From Deltaproteobacteria bacterium (GTDB taxonomy: Bacteria; Desulfobacterota; Desulfarculia; Adiutricales; Adiutricaceae): a stretch of DNA of 51,478 nt. The stretch is taken from positions 1-51,478 of the forward strand of contig JAIRNQ010000352.1 in assembly GCA_031257955.1 (NCBI GenBank), read 5' to 3'. Each line of letters begins with the position of its first letter. Within the stretch, counting starts at the first letter, position 1. Made by a program: the position numbers and the translations under genes. The notes under the pieces are model-generated. The model was given only the letters and a program-made list of their open reading frames with translations, did no database searches and was not told the origin of the DNA. This document shows positions 27,407 through 36,558 of this stretch, piece by piece.

Positions 27407-28174
27407 CTAGACCGATGATTTTGGGTTTAGTTGCCGCGTGAGCTTGCGGGTGGCATCCAGTAGCCTCACTGGGATATCCTTCATCGTTTTGATGCGGCTG
27501 GCCGGGCCCGAGACGCTCATGGCGTAGGAAGGGTAGCCGTTGTAGTCGAAGATAGGGGCGGCTATGCAGTAAAGGTGCCGGGCCAGTTCCTCGTTGTCGA
27601 TGGCGTAGCCTTTGCGCCGGATGGTTTTCATTTCCTTATCGAATTCCTCGGCCGAGGTGATGGTGTTGGGTGTCATGGCATCAAAAGAGCAACAACTAAC
27701 GAGTTCGGCGTAGTCTTTGGGCGGAAGGAAGGCGGCCATGGCCTTGCCAAGGCCCGTCGCGTAAGGCGGGCTGGTGGTACCCACGCCGGAATCCATGCGC
27801 AAGAGTTCCCGGCTTTCGACTTTATCGAGGTAGACGACTTGATGGTTGTCGAGTATGCCCAAGTTTACGGTTTCGTCGAACTCGGAGGCCAGATCCCTCA
27901 TGGCTGGCTTGGCCAGGCGGCGGATCTCGAACTTATCGGCCTGGATCATGCCCAGCTCCAGGAGCTTGAAGGTCGCCTCGTAGTCGCCGTTGGGATTGCG
28001 TCTAACGTAGCCGAGATCCCTTAGGGTGGCTATGAACCTGTGGGCGCTGGCCCGGTTGATGCCCAGAAGCTGGCCAGCCTTGGTAACCGTCATTTGGCCG
28101 TTATCGACTATGGCTTCCAAGATCTTCAATCCCTTTTCCAGGGAGGAGATTTGGTAATATTTTTTATCTTCCAC
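27407..28174 (-). CDS. IclR-family transcriptional regulator
   Basis: 255 aa with a GTG start. N-terminal winged HTH (VTKAGQLLGINRASAHRFIATLRDLGYV) and a C-terminal IclR effector-domain-like region (AIAAPIFD..G...YAMSVSGP). Confidence 0.85.
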   Translation of the reverse strand: MEDKKYYQISSLEKGLKILEAIVDNGQMTVTKAGQLLGINRASAHRFIATLRDLGYVRRNPNGDYEATFKLLELGMIQADKFEIRRLAKPAMRDLASEFDETVNLGILDNHQVVYLDKVESRELLRMDSGVGTTSPPYATGLGKAMAAFLPPKDYAELVSCCSFDAMTPNTITSAEEFDKEMKTIRRKGYAIDNEELARHLYCIAAPIFDYNGYPSYAMSVSGPASRIKTMKDIPVRLLDATRKLTRQLNPKSSV

Positions 28175-28219
28175 GGGTTGTAAACTCCCATAGGCATTTA
28201 ATTATTCCAACGCCAAAGA

Positions 28220-28248
28220 TTTTTACCACAGGGCGCACCGACAATCAA
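28220..28248 (-). promoter_or_regulatory. candidate sigma70 promoter of the IclR gene
   Basis: Minus strand reads TTGATT (28248..28243), a 17-nt spacer, then TAAAAA (28225..28220), ~45 nt upstream of the GTG start. Confidence 0.3.
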
Positions 28249-28569
28249 GATGGTTGGGCGGGAAAAGGTCGAAAAACAAAGCTGTTGGCACAGGGTGGCA
28301 CATTGGTCGGCACTCTGGTCGATATGATGGGGGCCGCCTTCCCCCGCCTTCCCGGCCAGAGAGGGGGCTGGCCTGGAAAGTGGTTACGTGGGGGCAAAAC
28401 CCCACAAATTTGTCAAAAATCGGTGGTATCATCTTCGAATACGTTCATTTGTCAATCGAGCCGACGTGGGGGGTCGGGGTGTCTGGGCGCCGTTGTTCGG
28501 GGAGAAAGCGCCCAAGGGGCGGATGGTTGGGACAAAAAAAGAAGACACTGGAACGGTCATGAATTGGGC

Positions 28570-28585
28570 TGGCATGATGGTTGCA
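28570..28585 (+). promoter_or_regulatory. candidate sigma54 (-24/-12) promoter facing the catabolic operon
   Basis: TGGCAT-GATGG-TTGCA has exact GG-N10-GC spacing, against the consensus TGGCAC-N5-TTGCW. It lies ~335 nt upstream of the 28921 start. Confidence 0.4.
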
Positions 28586-28605
28586 CGTTTATTATGTAAT
28601 CACAT

Positions 28606-28620
28606 GTCACTAATAGTGAA
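28606..28620. promoter_or_regulatory. operator-like motif copy 1 (GTCACTAATAGTGAA)
   Basis: TCAC-N5-GTGA dyad, ~20 nt downstream of the sigma54-like element. The motif GTCACWWATAGTGAA recurs at 28820 and, inverted, at 41354. Confidence 0.45.
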
Positions 28621-28819
28621 CATTATAAACCTCCGGGGGAGGAAAAACCAGTCCAAATAATAGTTGGTTTTTCTGGAAAGGCCTGGGAGCGAAATGGCCC
28701 AAGGCGGTCCAAGTTGGTATTTGGAGCGCCATTGGGGAAGTTGGTAAGGATGATTTTTTTTGTCGAAATACTTTACATCGGGATGGATTTGTTTTATGAT
28801 GTCCATATACAGAATATAC

Positions 28820-28834
28820 GTCACAAATAGTGAA
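28820..28834. promoter_or_regulatory. operator-like motif copy 2 (GTCACAAATAGTGAA)
   Basis: Same 15-mer, differing at 1 position from copy 1, ~85 nt upstream of the 28921 start. Confidence 0.45.
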
Positions 28835-28920
28835 TACAAGGGTACGGCTACCAACCGTGCCGACCACCCGCCTTGAGTTGGCGGGCAAACGTTAACGGCT
28901 CATTCCGTAGGGAGAGTTAC

Positions 28921-29877
28921 ATGTTCAAAGCCAAACGATTATCCGAGATTCAAGCCTTTATGGAATCGAAAGGGCTCCCCGGCCGGGACGCCTATGATCT
29001 ACCCAGCAGCCCCCTAACTTTCCCGGACGGGGGACACTACCGGATGGAGATCGCCGGGATAGAGTACTATTCCAATTTTGTGGTCATGCTCCAAGAGGCC
29101 AAAAAATACGGCGTTCCTATCCATAGGGCCATTTGTACCGTGGGCGGCTCGACCTTCATGGGCTTTGGCGAGATGGCCGATTTGGCCGGAAAAGCCAAGG
29201 AGGAGAAGGTGGAGCTGGTTATGGTCGTGGGTCACCGCAAAAGTTGGGACGTGGGTTCCAAGGAGCTGGGCTACCCCGAGGGGAACGTCCAGGGACCCAG
29301 GCACCGTGGAAGCGACAACGTCTCTTACTTTATCGAGGATATGATGCGTTGCCTGGAAGCGGGCGTGCGGGGATTTTTGATCTTCGATGAAGGGGTACTG
29401 AGGCTGGTCAGCCAGATGAGGGCGGACGGTTTCATTCCCAAGGAGACCATCTTCAAATGGTCGGTCTTTGGCGGCCAATGCAGCCCGGCCGGGGCCAAGC
29501 TGTTAGAGGATCTGGGGGCCAACACCATGAATCCCATCAGCGACGTCACCCTCCCCATTCTCGGATCCATCCGGCGGGCCGTCAAGATGCCCATGGACGT
29601 ATACATGATCATCGTGGACGCTTTCGGGGGGATGTACAGGGCCTACGAGGCCCCTGAAATCGCCAGGATCGCCGCCCCGGTTTACTTCAAGATTGAGCCC
29701 GGAACTTCAGAAGCAGACATTTATAAGCCTTGGATCACCGCCGCCGATCATGACGAAATGATCCGGGCCAAGGTTAAGATTGCGTCGGTCCTAAGGGAGA
29801 TCGTCCAGAGGCGGGCACCGGAGATTAAACTCTCTGAGCCCGGACCCCAGGACTTGACCCTCCCCTCGGTCGGCTAG
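28921..29877 (+). CDS. conserved-looking hypothetical protein (possible alpha/beta-barrel enzyme), first gene of the TRAP-linked operon
   Basis: 318 aa from ATG 28921, preceded by AGGGAGAG. Good coding character. I see no motif I can assign to a family with confidence. Confidence 0.6.
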   Translation: MFKAKRLSEIQAFMESKGLPGRDAYDLPSSPLTFPDGGHYRMEIAGIEYYSNFVVMLQEAKKYGVPIHRAICTVGGSTFMGFGEMADLAGKAKEEKVELVMVVGHRKSWDVGSKELGYPEGNVQGPRHRGSDNVSYFIEDMMRCLEAGVRGFLIFDEGVLRLVSQMRADGFIPKETIFKWSVFGGQCSPAGAKLLEDLGANTMNPISDVTLPILGSIRRAVKMPMDVYMIIVDAFGGMYRAYEAPEIARIAAPVYFKIEPGTSEADIYKPWITAADHDEMIRAKVKIASVLREIVQRRAPEIKLSEPGPQDLTLPSVG

Positions 29878-30072
29878 ACTACCGTTGGATTGCCTCCGAA
29901 AGACTGATTATGGCCAGCTTTCCGCCAAATCGTCCGCCCAACGGGTTCCCCCGAGTCCCGGGTCCGGTACGGGCTTCGAGGTCGGTTGCCCCCACCCGTC
30001 GTCACCGACGGGTGAAGGCGGGTGACGAGCGAGCTGGCCCGCCGACGGTCTGTACCGGATAGGGAGAATCCC

Positions 30073-30807
30073 ATGTCAAAACGATCTCCGGTTGCCACTT
30101 GCCTTCACGTCATAGATCGAACGATCTGGCACATTGAAGAGAAAGCCGTTGCCTTTGGCGTCATAGGCCTAGCCGTTATTTTGATCGGCAACATCACCTT
30201 TCGGTTTTTCAATTCCAGCCTTGCCTCAACCGAAGAACTTAGCCAGTTCCTTATGTTCTACATCACCTTCCTGGGTACCAGCTACGCCGCTCGAACCGGC
30301 CTTCACATAAGAATGTCGATGCTCAGCGACGCCTTCAAAGGGGTGGCCAGAAAAATCCTCTCCATTGTTATCGCTGCCGTCTGCGCGGCCGTGATGTTCT
30401 ATCTGACTTGGCTTTCTTACAAATACGTTATGAAGATTGCCTCGCTCCATCGCGTTTCCCCCATCCTCCAAATTCCCGTCCAGTACGTTTGGATGGTCAT
30501 GCCCATAGGCATGTTTTTAACCGGCATCCAGTACACTTTAGCGCTGGGGCGAAACATCATTAGCCCCGGCTCTTGGATAAGCTACTCGGTATCGCTGGAC
30601 TCCGCCCCGGACGCTTTCACGGAGCAAACCAAACGCGCGACTCTTGAGGCGGCGCCCGAGGGTAAGGCCCAAGGCACGACCCAAGATACGGCCGAGAGTT
30701 CGGCCCAAGGTTTGGCCGAAGGGGCCCCAGAAGGCTCGTCAACCGCGACCCCGTCCACCGGGCCTGCCTCCGGCCCGATGGACGGTGGCGACGGAAAGGG
30801 GGAATGA
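30073..30807 (+). CDS. dctQ: TRAP transporter small permease (DctQ family) with a long low-complexity C-terminal tail
   Basis: Start at ATG 30073 after AGGGAGA. Four hydrophobic helices, then a ~70-aa Ala/Gly/Pro/Ser/Thr-rich tail. The stop is 1 nt before the dctM ATG. Confidence 0.8.
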   Translation: MSKRSPVATCLHVIDRTIWHIEEKAVAFGVIGLAVILIGNITFRFFNSSLASTEELSQFLMFYITFLGTSYAARTGLHIRMSMLSDAFKGVARKILSIVIAAVCAAVMFYLTWLSYKYVMKIASLHRVSPILQIPVQYVWMVMPIGMFLTGIQYTLALGRNIISPGSWISYSVSLDSAPDAFTEQTKRATLEAAPEGKAQGTTQDTAESSAQGLAEGAPEGSSTATPSTGPASGPMDGGDGKGE

Positions 30808-30808
30808 C

Positions 30809-32092
30809 ATGCTGTGGCTTCTCTTCGCGTCGATGACCATCCTTCTGCTCCTTAGCTTTCCAATGATGGTGGCCTTGATCGTGCCTCCCTTGGCCGTGGT
30901 TTTGGTATATTTCCCGACCATAGATCCGATGAACCTCACACAGCAAATGCTTACTGGGGTTAAGCCGCTGTCGCTGGTTGCCATCCCCATGTTTATCTTC
31001 GCCGCCGACATCATCACCAGCGGCCAAGCGGCTAGGCGGCTCACCGATTTAGTGTTGAGCTTTCTGGGTCACATCCGCGGCGGTTTGGCCATCACCTCCG
31101 TGGCCGCGTGTACCGTCTTTGGGGCGGTTTCTGGATCCTGTCAAGCCACGGTTGTGGCCATAGGCGGCAGCTTAAGGCCCAGGATGATGGAAGACGGTTA
31201 CTCGGAAAGCTTCGCCACCGGCCTCATAATCAATTCCGCCGGCATCGCCCTGTTAATCCCACCGTCCATAGCCATGATTATCTATGGTGTGGTCACCGGC
31301 ACTTCGGTCGGTGAGCTTTTCATCGCCGGGGTCGGTCCGGGTCTTTTGGTATTCCTTCTCTTCTCCATCTATTGCTATTTTGCCGCCTCTCGAATGAACA
31401 TTAAGCCTTATCCTAAATCCACGATTAAGGAAAAACTTATAACGTTTAAAAAAGCCTTGTTGTCGCTGGGCTTTCCGGTGGTGGTCCTAGGGACGATATA
31501 TACCGGCATCGCCAGCCCGACCGAGGCCTCGGCTTTGGCTGTCCTTTACGCTTTCATCGTTGAAGTGGTGATTTACCGAAACGTAAAAATAAAGGACATC
31601 TATAAAATTGCCTTAAATACTGGGCTAGTCACTGGGGTGGTTTTTATCCTTCTGGCCATGGGCGCGGTCTTTTCCTGGATAGTCAGTTTCGCCAAGGTTC
31701 CCGACAAGATCCTCCCCCAAATCTTGGGTTCCGATCCGACAGCCGTGTATTTAATGCTCATCATCGCCATCTCCTATTTTATCGCTTGCATGTTCGTGGA
31801 CTCGATTGTCGCAATAATGATTCTCTCGCCAATTTTTCATCCCCAGGTTCAAGCCCTGGGCCTAGACCCGGTTTTGATAGGAATTATCGTCACCATGCAG
31901 TCGGCCATAGGGGCGGTTTCCCCACCGTTCGGTTGTAATATATTCACCGCCATGGCCGTTTTCCGACAAGCATATTTCAGTACCATAAGCAGAATATGGG
32001 GATTTTTATTTGCTTATATTTTAGCTGTTATACTCATCATTTTCTTCCCTAACATATCGCTATTTTTAAGGGATCTGGCTTACGGCCAGTGA
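30809..32092 (+). CDS. dctM: TRAP transporter large permease (DctM family)
   Basis: 427 aa from ATG 30809 (MLWLLFASMTILLLL...), a typical DctM polytopic sequence. The upstream part of ORF 30644.. overlaps dctQ and is an artefact. Confidence 0.9.
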   Translation: MLWLLFASMTILLLLSFPMMVALIVPPLAVVLVYFPTIDPMNLTQQMLTGVKPLSLVAIPMFIFAADIITSGQAARRLTDLVLSFLGHIRGGLAITSVAACTVFGAVSGSCQATVVAIGGSLRPRMMEDGYSESFATGLIINSAGIALLIPPSIAMIIYGVVTGTSVGELFIAGVGPGLLVFLLFSIYCYFAASRMNIKPYPKSTIKEKLITFKKALLSLGFPVVVLGTIYTGIASPTEASALAVLYAFIVEVVIYRNVKIKDIYKIALNTGLVTGVVFILLAMGAVFSWIVSFAKVPDKILPQILGSDPTAVYLMLIIAISYFIACMFVDSIVAIMILSPIFHPQVQALGLDPVLIGIIVTMQSAIGAVSPPFGCNIFTAMAVFRQAYFSTISRIWGFLFAYILAVILIIFFPNISLFLRDLAYGQ

Positions 32093-32139
32093 AATAAATC
32101 GCCTGGGCTAACCCCCAGGCCAAGGAAAACGGAGAACGT

Positions 32140-33369
32140 ATGCCTAACGTCTGGGAGGAGGCCCTTCTGAACCTTCGGAAGGCCGCCGAGATCATATATT
32201 TAGAGCCGGAGCTGCGGACCCGTCTCTCGACGCCCATGAGGTTTACCGAGTTCACTATACCGTTAAGGCGCGACGACGGCCGCAAAGAGCTTTACACCGC
32301 CTACCGGTGCCTCCATCAGGACGCCACCGGCCCCACCAAGGACGGGACCAGAATCCGGCCCGGTCTTACCCCGGAAGAAATCAAGGCCCTGTCGTTGTTC
32401 ATGAGCATCAAGCACGCCGTGGCCGGCATACCGGCCGGGGGCGGCAAGGGCGGCATCAAGGCCGACCCGTCGGATCTGTCCGAAGGCGAGTACGAGAGGC
32501 TGGTTCGGGGCTTTATCCGGCGGCTCATTCCCAAGGGTGCACACCGGGACGTCCCTGGGGCGGACATAGGCACCGACGCCCGGGCCATGGCTTGGATGCT
32601 GGACGAGTATGAGCAGATAAGCGGCTTCCATTCGCCGGCGGCCATAAACGACAAGCCGGCTGCCTTGGGTGGTTCCCTTGGCGGCCACGAGGCGACCGGG
32701 TGGGGAGTCTCCGAGTGCGCGGTCATGGCCGGGGCGACTTTGGGATTGGGCCCAGGATCGACGGTGGCCATCCAAGGCTTTGGCCAAGTTGGTTCGATTG
32801 CCGCCCTCACCTTATGGGAAAAGGGTTTTAAGGTAATCTCCGTCTCGGACGTCTTCGGGGCGGTCATTAACCCCAATGGCATAGACATCGGGAAACTCTT
32901 TGAACACACCACAAAAACGGGCAAAGTGAATGGTTTTTACGGGGCGGCCGCTCTGGAAGGGAGCGTACTGGAAGTCGAGTGCGACATCCTAATCCCGGCC
33001 GCCGTCCAGGACGTCATTCACGAATCCAACGCCAAGGCTATTAAAGCCAAGCTAATCGTTGAGGCGGCCAACGCCCCCATTGCCCCGGCGGCGGATCCCA
33101 TTCTTTTGGCCGCCGGAAAAGCCATCGTCCCGGACGTGGTCGCTAACTGCGGCGGGGTGGTGGTCTGCGATTTTGAGCGGACCCAGGGCCTTTCCAACGA
33201 CTACTGGCCGCTGGAAAAAGTCAAAAGCCGCCTCCTGGAGAGAATGGGCCGGGCCTACGGCGAGACCGCCGCGTTAAGCGCCGATCTCGGGGTACCCATG
33301 CGCCAGGCGGCTTGGGCTATGGCCCTCAAGAAAATCCGCGTTTCCATGCTCCTTAGGGGCTGGAGTTAA
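32140..33369 (+). CDS. Glu/Leu/Phe/Val-family amino-acid dehydrogenase
   Basis: 409 aa. Catalytic Lys motif AGIPAGGGKGGIKADP and Rossmann motif VAIQGFGQVGS. Confidence 0.85.
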   Translation: MPNVWEEALLNLRKAAEIIYLEPELRTRLSTPMRFTEFTIPLRRDDGRKELYTAYRCLHQDATGPTKDGTRIRPGLTPEEIKALSLFMSIKHAVAGIPAGGGKGGIKADPSDLSEGEYERLVRGFIRRLIPKGAHRDVPGADIGTDARAMAWMLDEYEQISGFHSPAAINDKPAALGGSLGGHEATGWGVSECAVMAGATLGLGPGSTVAIQGFGQVGSIAALTLWEKGFKVISVSDVFGAVINPNGIDIGKLFEHTTKTGKVNGFYGAAALEGSVLEVECDILIPAAVQDVIHESNAKAIKAKLIVEAANAPIAPAADPILLAAGKAIVPDVVANCGGVVVCDFERTQGLSNDYWPLEKVKSRLLERMGRAYGETAALSADLGVPMRQAAWAMALKKIRVSMLLRGWS

Positions 33370-33440
33370 ACATAACGCCGCGCCATAAGGGCGACGGGCG
33401 GCCGTGGGCCCTGGCCCTCGGCCGAAAGGAAGGCATCGAC

Positions 33441-34607
33441 ATGGAATTTACGCTTGAAGAATACGCCCAAAGGCTGACCAAAGTTAAGGAGGCCATGGGC
33501 AAAAAAGGCCTCGACACGCTTCTCATAAGCGACCCCAGCAACATGCATTGGCTTACGGGCTATGACGGTTGGTCGTTTTACGTCCACCAGGGGGTCATCG
33601 TGGCCCTGGATTTGCCAGAGCCCATCTGGTGGGGCCGGGGCATGGACGGCAACGGGGCCAAGCTCACCACTTACCTTTCCCCCGACTCTATCCGGCCCTA
33701 CGCCGACGACTACGTCCAAAACCCTCAAAAACACCCCATGGGTTTCGTGGCCGGAATTCTCCGGGACCATGGGCTGGAAAAGAAGAAGCTGGGGGCCGAG
33801 TGGGACAACTACTGGTTTACCGGTAAGTGTCTCAACAGCTTGGCCTCGGAGTTGGGCGAAAAGCCCATTGACGCCACTGGCCTCGTTAACTGGTGTCGCC
33901 TCATCAAAAGCCCCACCGAAATTAGCTATCTCAAGCTGGCTTCCAAGGTCTGCCAAAACGTCATGGACACCGCCGTTGGCGCCATCCGTCCGGGCCTTAA
34001 GGAACGGGCCGCGGCGGCGGCCGTTTACCACGCTTGCGTCATGGGTGTCGGGGACGTGCCCGGGGATCATCCGGCCATATTTCCGATCATGCCTTCCAAC
34101 GAGCGGACCACTTGCGCCCATTTGGGTTGGGCCCCGCAAAGGGATTACGCCCAGGGCGATCTGGTTTTGCTGGAGCTGTGCGGGGTCCACAAGCGCTACC
34201 ACTGCCCGCTCTCCCGGACTGTGTTTTTGGGGGATCCGCCCCAGAAGCTAAAGCACATATCCGAGGCCGTTCTGGAAGGCGTGGCTAGGGTTTTGGAATT
34301 TATCAAACCTGGGGTGACCGCCGAGGCGGTTGAGGAAAAATGGCGCGAGGCCATCAAAAGCTACGGTGTGGTCAAGCCTTCAAGATTGGGCTACTCTATC
34401 GGTGCCAGCTACGTCCCCGACTGGGGGGAGAGAACGGTAAGCCTTCGCCCCGGCGACAAAACCGTGCTCCAGCCCAACATGACCTTCCACCTGATGCCCG
34501 GCATTTGGGAGGACGATCTGGGCTTTGAGTCGAGCGAACCATTTTTGGTGACCGAAACCGGTTGCGAGCCTTTGACCTCCTACAAAAGGGGCATCCTCAT
34601 ACCCTAA
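33441..34607 (+). CDS. M24-fold creatinase / ectoine-hydrolase (DoeA/EutD)-like protein, copy 1
   Basis: 388 aa. Creatinase-type N-domain (LLISDPSNMHWLTGYDGWSFYV) and a pita-bread C-domain. Paralogue of 37693..38871. Confidence 0.75.
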   Translation: MEFTLEEYAQRLTKVKEAMGKKGLDTLLISDPSNMHWLTGYDGWSFYVHQGVIVALDLPEPIWWGRGMDGNGAKLTTYLSPDSIRPYADDYVQNPQKHPMGFVAGILRDHGLEKKKLGAEWDNYWFTGKCLNSLASELGEKPIDATGLVNWCRLIKSPTEISYLKLASKVCQNVMDTAVGAIRPGLKERAAAAAVYHACVMGVGDVPGDHPAIFPIMPSNERTTCAHLGWAPQRDYAQGDLVLLELCGVHKRYHCPLSRTVFLGDPPQKLKHISEAVLEGVARVLEFIKPGVTAEAVEEKWREAIKSYGVVKPSRLGYSIGASYVPDWGERTVSLRPGDKTVLQPNMTFHLMPGIWEDDLGFESSEPFLVTETGCEPLTSYKRGILIP

Positions 34608-34736
34608 GGCCCTGGCCCAAAAGCCCTGGCCCAAGCGCCATGGCCGAACGCCATGGTCAGCCATTCCCCAAAGATCCTTGCCAAGCCGGGGGCGCCCGAA
34701 GGCGGACGCCCGACGGCTATTGCCCGGAAGGTCGCT

Positions 34737-35918
34737 ATGCCAGACTTCAAGAAATTGATCCAAGAGGCCACTCCGGCCATGACGGCCATGAGGCGGGACA
34801 TCCACCGGCACCCGGAACTCGGTTACGAGGAGACTCGCACGGCAGCCTTAATTGAGGAATCCTTGGGGGCCCTGGAGGGGATGTCCACGGCCAGGATAAC
34901 CGGGACCGGCGTGGTGGGCGTTTTGGCCGGGGGCCGCCCAGGTCCTTGCCTCCTTCTGAGGGCCGACATCGACGCTTTGCCCATAGAGGAAGAAACGGGC
35001 CTCCCCTTCGCCTCGGAGAACCCCGGGGTAATGCACGCCTGCGGCCACGACGGCCACGCGGCCATTTTGGTGGCCGCGGCCAAGATCCTCTCGGAAATCA
35101 GGGACGAGCTTGCCGGCACGGTTAAGTTCGTCTTCGAGCCCAACGAGGAAGAGGTCGGGGCCCTGGCCATGATCGAAGCCGGGGTACTCGAAAACCCCAG
35201 GGTAGACGCGGCCGCCGCCCTCCACCTGTGGGCGAGTTTGCCGCTTGGCAAGATCTCGGTCGATGACGGGGTGACCTGGGCCGGCATGGACCATTTCACC
35301 ATAAAAGTTAAAGGCCGCGGTGGCCATACGGCCACGCCCCACGTGGCCGTGGACCCCATTTTGGTGGCCAGTCAGATAGTTGTTGGCCTTCAGGCTTTGC
35401 AAAGCCGGGAGCTGGATCCATTTTTGGCTTCGTCGTTGGTTTTTGGCCGGGTCACCGGCGGCCGGGCGGCTAACGTCATTCCCGACGAAGTTGAGCTTGA
35501 GGGGACCATCCGTTACCTGTTTGACGGTTCCGATGAAGGCCCCCATAAACCGAAAAAACGCCTGGTCGAGATCGCCAAGGGCCTGGCCGCTTCCTATCGA
35601 GCCCAAGCCGAGGTCGATTTTTACTGCTCCCAGCCGCCCATGTTCAACGATCCCCGCATGGCCGCTTTGGGCAGGGAAGCGGCCACCCAAACCCTGGGCC
35701 CGGGAGCGTTGATTCATTTTTTAAACATGGGCGGCGAGGACTTCTCCGAGTTTTCAGCCAGGGTGCCAAGCGTCATGGCCATGGTCGGGGCCGGCAGCGA
35801 AAAAACCGGCGGCTACGCCCACCACCACCCGAAATTTGACATCGACGAAGGGGCCCTGCCAATAGCCCTAGAATGGCTTCTACGGACCGCGACCAATTAT
35901 CTGGCACTCCCCCAGTAA
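34737..35918 (+). CDS. M20D-family amidohydrolase (N-acyl-amino-acid / hippurate hydrolase type)
   Basis: Start at ATG 34737 after GGAAGG (MPDFKKLIQE...). Motifs RRDIHRHPELGYEE and MHACGHDGH. 393 aa. Confidence 0.85.
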   Translation: MPDFKKLIQEATPAMTAMRRDIHRHPELGYEETRTAALIEESLGALEGMSTARITGTGVVGVLAGGRPGPCLLLRADIDALPIEEETGLPFASENPGVMHACGHDGHAAILVAAAKILSEIRDELAGTVKFVFEPNEEEVGALAMIEAGVLENPRVDAAAALHLWASLPLGKISVDDGVTWAGMDHFTIKVKGRGGHTATPHVAVDPILVASQIVVGLQALQSRELDPFLASSLVFGRVTGGRAANVIPDEVELEGTIRYLFDGSDEGPHKPKKRLVEIAKGLAASYRAQAEVDFYCSQPPMFNDPRMAALGREAATQTLGPGALIHFLNMGGEDFSEFSARVPSVMAMVGAGSEKTGGYAHHHPKFDIDEGALPIALEWLLRTATNYLALPQ

Positions 35919-35920
35919 TT

Positions 35921-36478
35921 TGGCCAAAAGATCGCTTAGAACGCGCCTCAGGAGCCTTCAAAGGCCTTTCTGGAGGGTACCCCGTTTTCGTCCAGGGTTC
36001 CCATCCTCAAGGCCATGGCCATGGTTATGGTTATGACGCTGGGTCGGTTGCGAAAATTGAAAGCTTGGGCCCACCGACCGAAATATGCCCCCGGCGAAGG
36101 AGCCCCGCCAATGGGGCTAGAATCGCTTATACGGGACAAAGCCGCTTAACAGGTACACCCATAGCTATTTTGGCAAAAGATCGCTTAGAACGCGTCTCAG
36201 GGGCCTTCAAAGGCCTTTCTGGAGGATACCTTGTTTTCGTCCAGGGTTCCTATCCTCAAGGCCATGGCCATGGTTATGGATATGACGCTGGGTCGGTTGC
36301 GAAAACTGAAAGCTTGGGCCCACCGACCGAAATATGACCCCGGCAAAGGAGCCCCGCCAATGGGGCTAGAATCGCTTATACGGGACGAAGCCGCTTAGCC
36401 GGTACTCCCATAGCTATTTTGTCAAAAGATCGCTTAGAACGCGTCTCAGGGGCCTTCAAAGGCCTTTCTGGAGGGGAC
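35921..36478 (+). repeat. about 2.2 degenerate tandem copies (~250 bp) of the amidohydrolase 3' end plus its downstream flank
   Basis: Units start at 35921, 36171 and 36421 (TGGC(C)AAAAGATCGCTTAGAACGCG...). The units are recognisably related to the last ~190 bp of the CDS (compare GTTTTCGTCCAGGG..CATGGCCATGG with GTTTTCAGCCAGGG..CATGGCCATGG). Confidence 0.85.
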
Positions 36479-36558
36479 CTCTAATGCGCCATTCCCTTGG
36501 CCCCTCCCAAAGGACACGGGTGCCCCCGGGACCGGGTCGGCGGAGGATACGATAACCA

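Noticed and set aside
30644-30808. N-terminal 55-aa extension of the dctM ORF, and 17-aa extension of dctQ (30022..30072).
   Set aside because: The extensions are Arg/Pro-rich, overlap the preceding gene and lack an RBS. The internal ATGs at 30809 and 30073 have proper context.
35873-36337. 154-aa ORF downstream of the amidohydrolase.
   Set aside because: It runs through the ~250-bp tandem units and its sequence repeats itself (…GYGYDAGSVAK.ESLGPPTEI twice). It is a by-product of the duplicated gene end.
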